From Octopus sinensis (lineage: Eukaryota): a DNA stretch of 64,000 nucleotides. Under the pieces are notes generated by a model. The model made no database searches. It was not told the origin of the DNA and saw nothing but the letters and a program-made list of their open reading frames with translations. Every line of letters starts with the position of its first letter. Positions within the stretch are counted from its first letter, which is position 1. Shown here in pieces: positions 62,324 through 64,000 of the stretch. The position numbers were made by a program, and so were the translations under genes. The stretch lies in NCBI RefSeq assembly GCF_006345805.1, contig NC_043004.1:74214001-74278000 (forward strand). The letters run 5' to 3'.

Positions 62324-62493
62324 CTAACCGCATCTTCTCAACTGTTGCACTGTCCATAAAAGAAGCCAAGGCCTTTGACAACGCAAATCGAATGGACCCA
62401 GCCTGACTGGTGTGGCCACCACCTTCGACAGTAGCTTCCACATCAACTTCTCCAATTTTCTTCACAAACTGAAGTGGATACAGCAATTGGGCT
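62324..62493 (-). CDS. MRPS9: Mitochondrial ribosomal protein S9 exon AQLLYPLQF..VEGGGHTSQAGSIRFALSKAL..EKMRL
   Basis: GGG.SQAG.IR.ALS uS9 signature; AG and GTAAG splice sites; 170 nt with consistent phases. Confidence 0.95.
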
Positions 62494-62981
62494 CTAAATA
62501 AATAAAAATAGTTTTTATAGTCAGATACACTGCCAGATCAGACTGGGCCTGGTGCAGCCGCCTGGCTTCCCAGACCCCAGTCGAACCGTCCAACCCATGC
62601 TAGCATGGAAAGCAGACGTTAAACGATAATGATGATGATGATAATGATAAGAGGGTGGATGAAATCCAACAGGGTGTGAATAAACATCGACTTTAGTGAA
62701 GCATTATAAGCAAAGTGATTACAAATAAAAAGTGGAAGAATGGGATGATTGGGTGCAGCTGTTTGGACACTGGTGATGTGGTACAGCCAACTGGACACTG
62801 AGCCTGTTCTGAAGATAGTAGTTTCCGTCTACCAAATCCACTCACAAGGCATTGGTCAGCCCGGGGCTATAGCAGAAGACACTTGCCCAAGATGCCACGC
62901 AGTGGGATTGAACCCGGAACCATGTGGTTGGTTAGCAAGCTACTTACCACACAGCCACTCCTGCGCCTATATATCTCTCTT

Positions 62982-63018
<37 letters not shown>

Positions 63019-63271
63019 TATATATTTTATATAATATTCTTTATGTTTTTTTTTCTTTTATCACCTATTAGACTTACTTCCCTTATATTTAACGGATTTT
63101 TATAGCTTCTGTTGCCATTGATAGCCAACAAGAATGTACCATAGCTCTTCACTCCAGCATTCGAAACTCTGAGTACTATAATGACAACCTTTTACTGTTT
63201 ATTCTAAATTATACCATATATAAACAACCCTCTATTTCTCTAATATCTACGTCTCATTCTTTTGTTGTTAC

Positions 63272-63304
<33 letters not shown>

Positions 63305-63580
63305 CTATATGCATGCACACACACATATATGTATGCATGTGTACTCTTGTTGAGACATGACATGATGATCGTAAATGAGTGTCACTGTCACACAAGCAGT
63401 GTTGTTCACTTCCAATATTCTGCAAAGAAAGGGTTCGGCCATGGGGAAACATTATCTTTCTTAGAAACTGATGAGGGTTGGCAACAGGGAGGGAGGGGGG
63501 GTCTGGCTGTAGAAGATCTGCAAGGCTGGATTAGAATGGAGAAAGGAACAATTTGAGACAAGGAAAAAAACTATTCTTAC

Positions 63581-63686
63581 CTTGATGATTTCGATCTAAA
63601 GTAAAGTAAGTCTTGACCATTGATTGTAAACTTCCCACTGCCTTGAATCCACAGCGTAAGAGAAGTCAGACATGATTTTCTTTTTC
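63581..63686 (-). CDS. MRPS9: Mitochondrial ribosomal protein S9 exon (G)KRKSCLTSLTLWIQGSGKFTINGQDLLYFRSKSS(R)
   Basis: GKRK..GSG..TING N-terminal uS9-domain motif; CAG and GTAAG splice sites; upstream exons lie outside the window. Confidence 0.92.
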
Positions 63687-64000
63687 CTGGGAAGAAAATA
63701 AAATGACCTTACAAAAATGTGAACTCGGAATATATTTTAACAAAATAATACTCTTTATTGTCATCATCATCATCATCATCATCCTCACCATTATAGTAAC
63801 ATTTGTTTTACCATGGTGACGTGGTTTGGCTAGGTCAGCAATACAACCATTCTGTTCATGGGTGTGTTTTGTCACGGCCATTCTGGTGCTACCTAATCGG
63901 TACTGCTGAGATGACACTGATATATTTGGTGTCAGACTTTTTAATGTTTCTCTCCTTCTCTCTCTCTTTCTCTATCTCTCTCTCTCTGTTTGTGTGTATG

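Noticed and set aside
62292-62486. Stand-alone 64-aa ORF
   Set aside because: An internal MRPS9 exon read through into the intron.

Overview
AT-rich animal genomic DNA packed with microsatellites, SINEs, LINE fossils and mariner transposons. The repeat landscape suggests a coleoid cephalopod, probably Octopus (inference). Three main components. (1) A tandem pair of paralogous two-exon genes on the + strand encoding small secreted Cys-rich peptides, each with a conserved signal-peptide exon and an intron of 8-9 kb. Gene A (17919-17967 + 26955-27124) gives a 72-aa precursor with a very Trp/His-rich mature part. Gene B (36845-36893 + 45332-45573) gives a 96-aa precursor with galaxin-like CC repeats. 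An orphan copy of gene A exon 1 lies in a 4.3-kb near-duplicate (1-4346) that looks like an assembly artefact. (2) The last four coding exons of mitochondrial ribosomal protein S9 on the - strand (58723-63686); the gene continues beyond the window. (3) Several non-coding repeat families, mostly abutting (TA)n tracts, that carry type I hammerhead ribozyme motifs. One 508-559 bp family shows compensatory base changes across the ribozyme helices and forms a 411-bp foldback with a hammerhead on each strand. Also present: three copies of one D,D34D mariner family, CR1/L2-type, RTE, R4/Dong-like, Tx1/L1-like and Penelope fragments. All structures and alignments were made by hand; no database searches were run.
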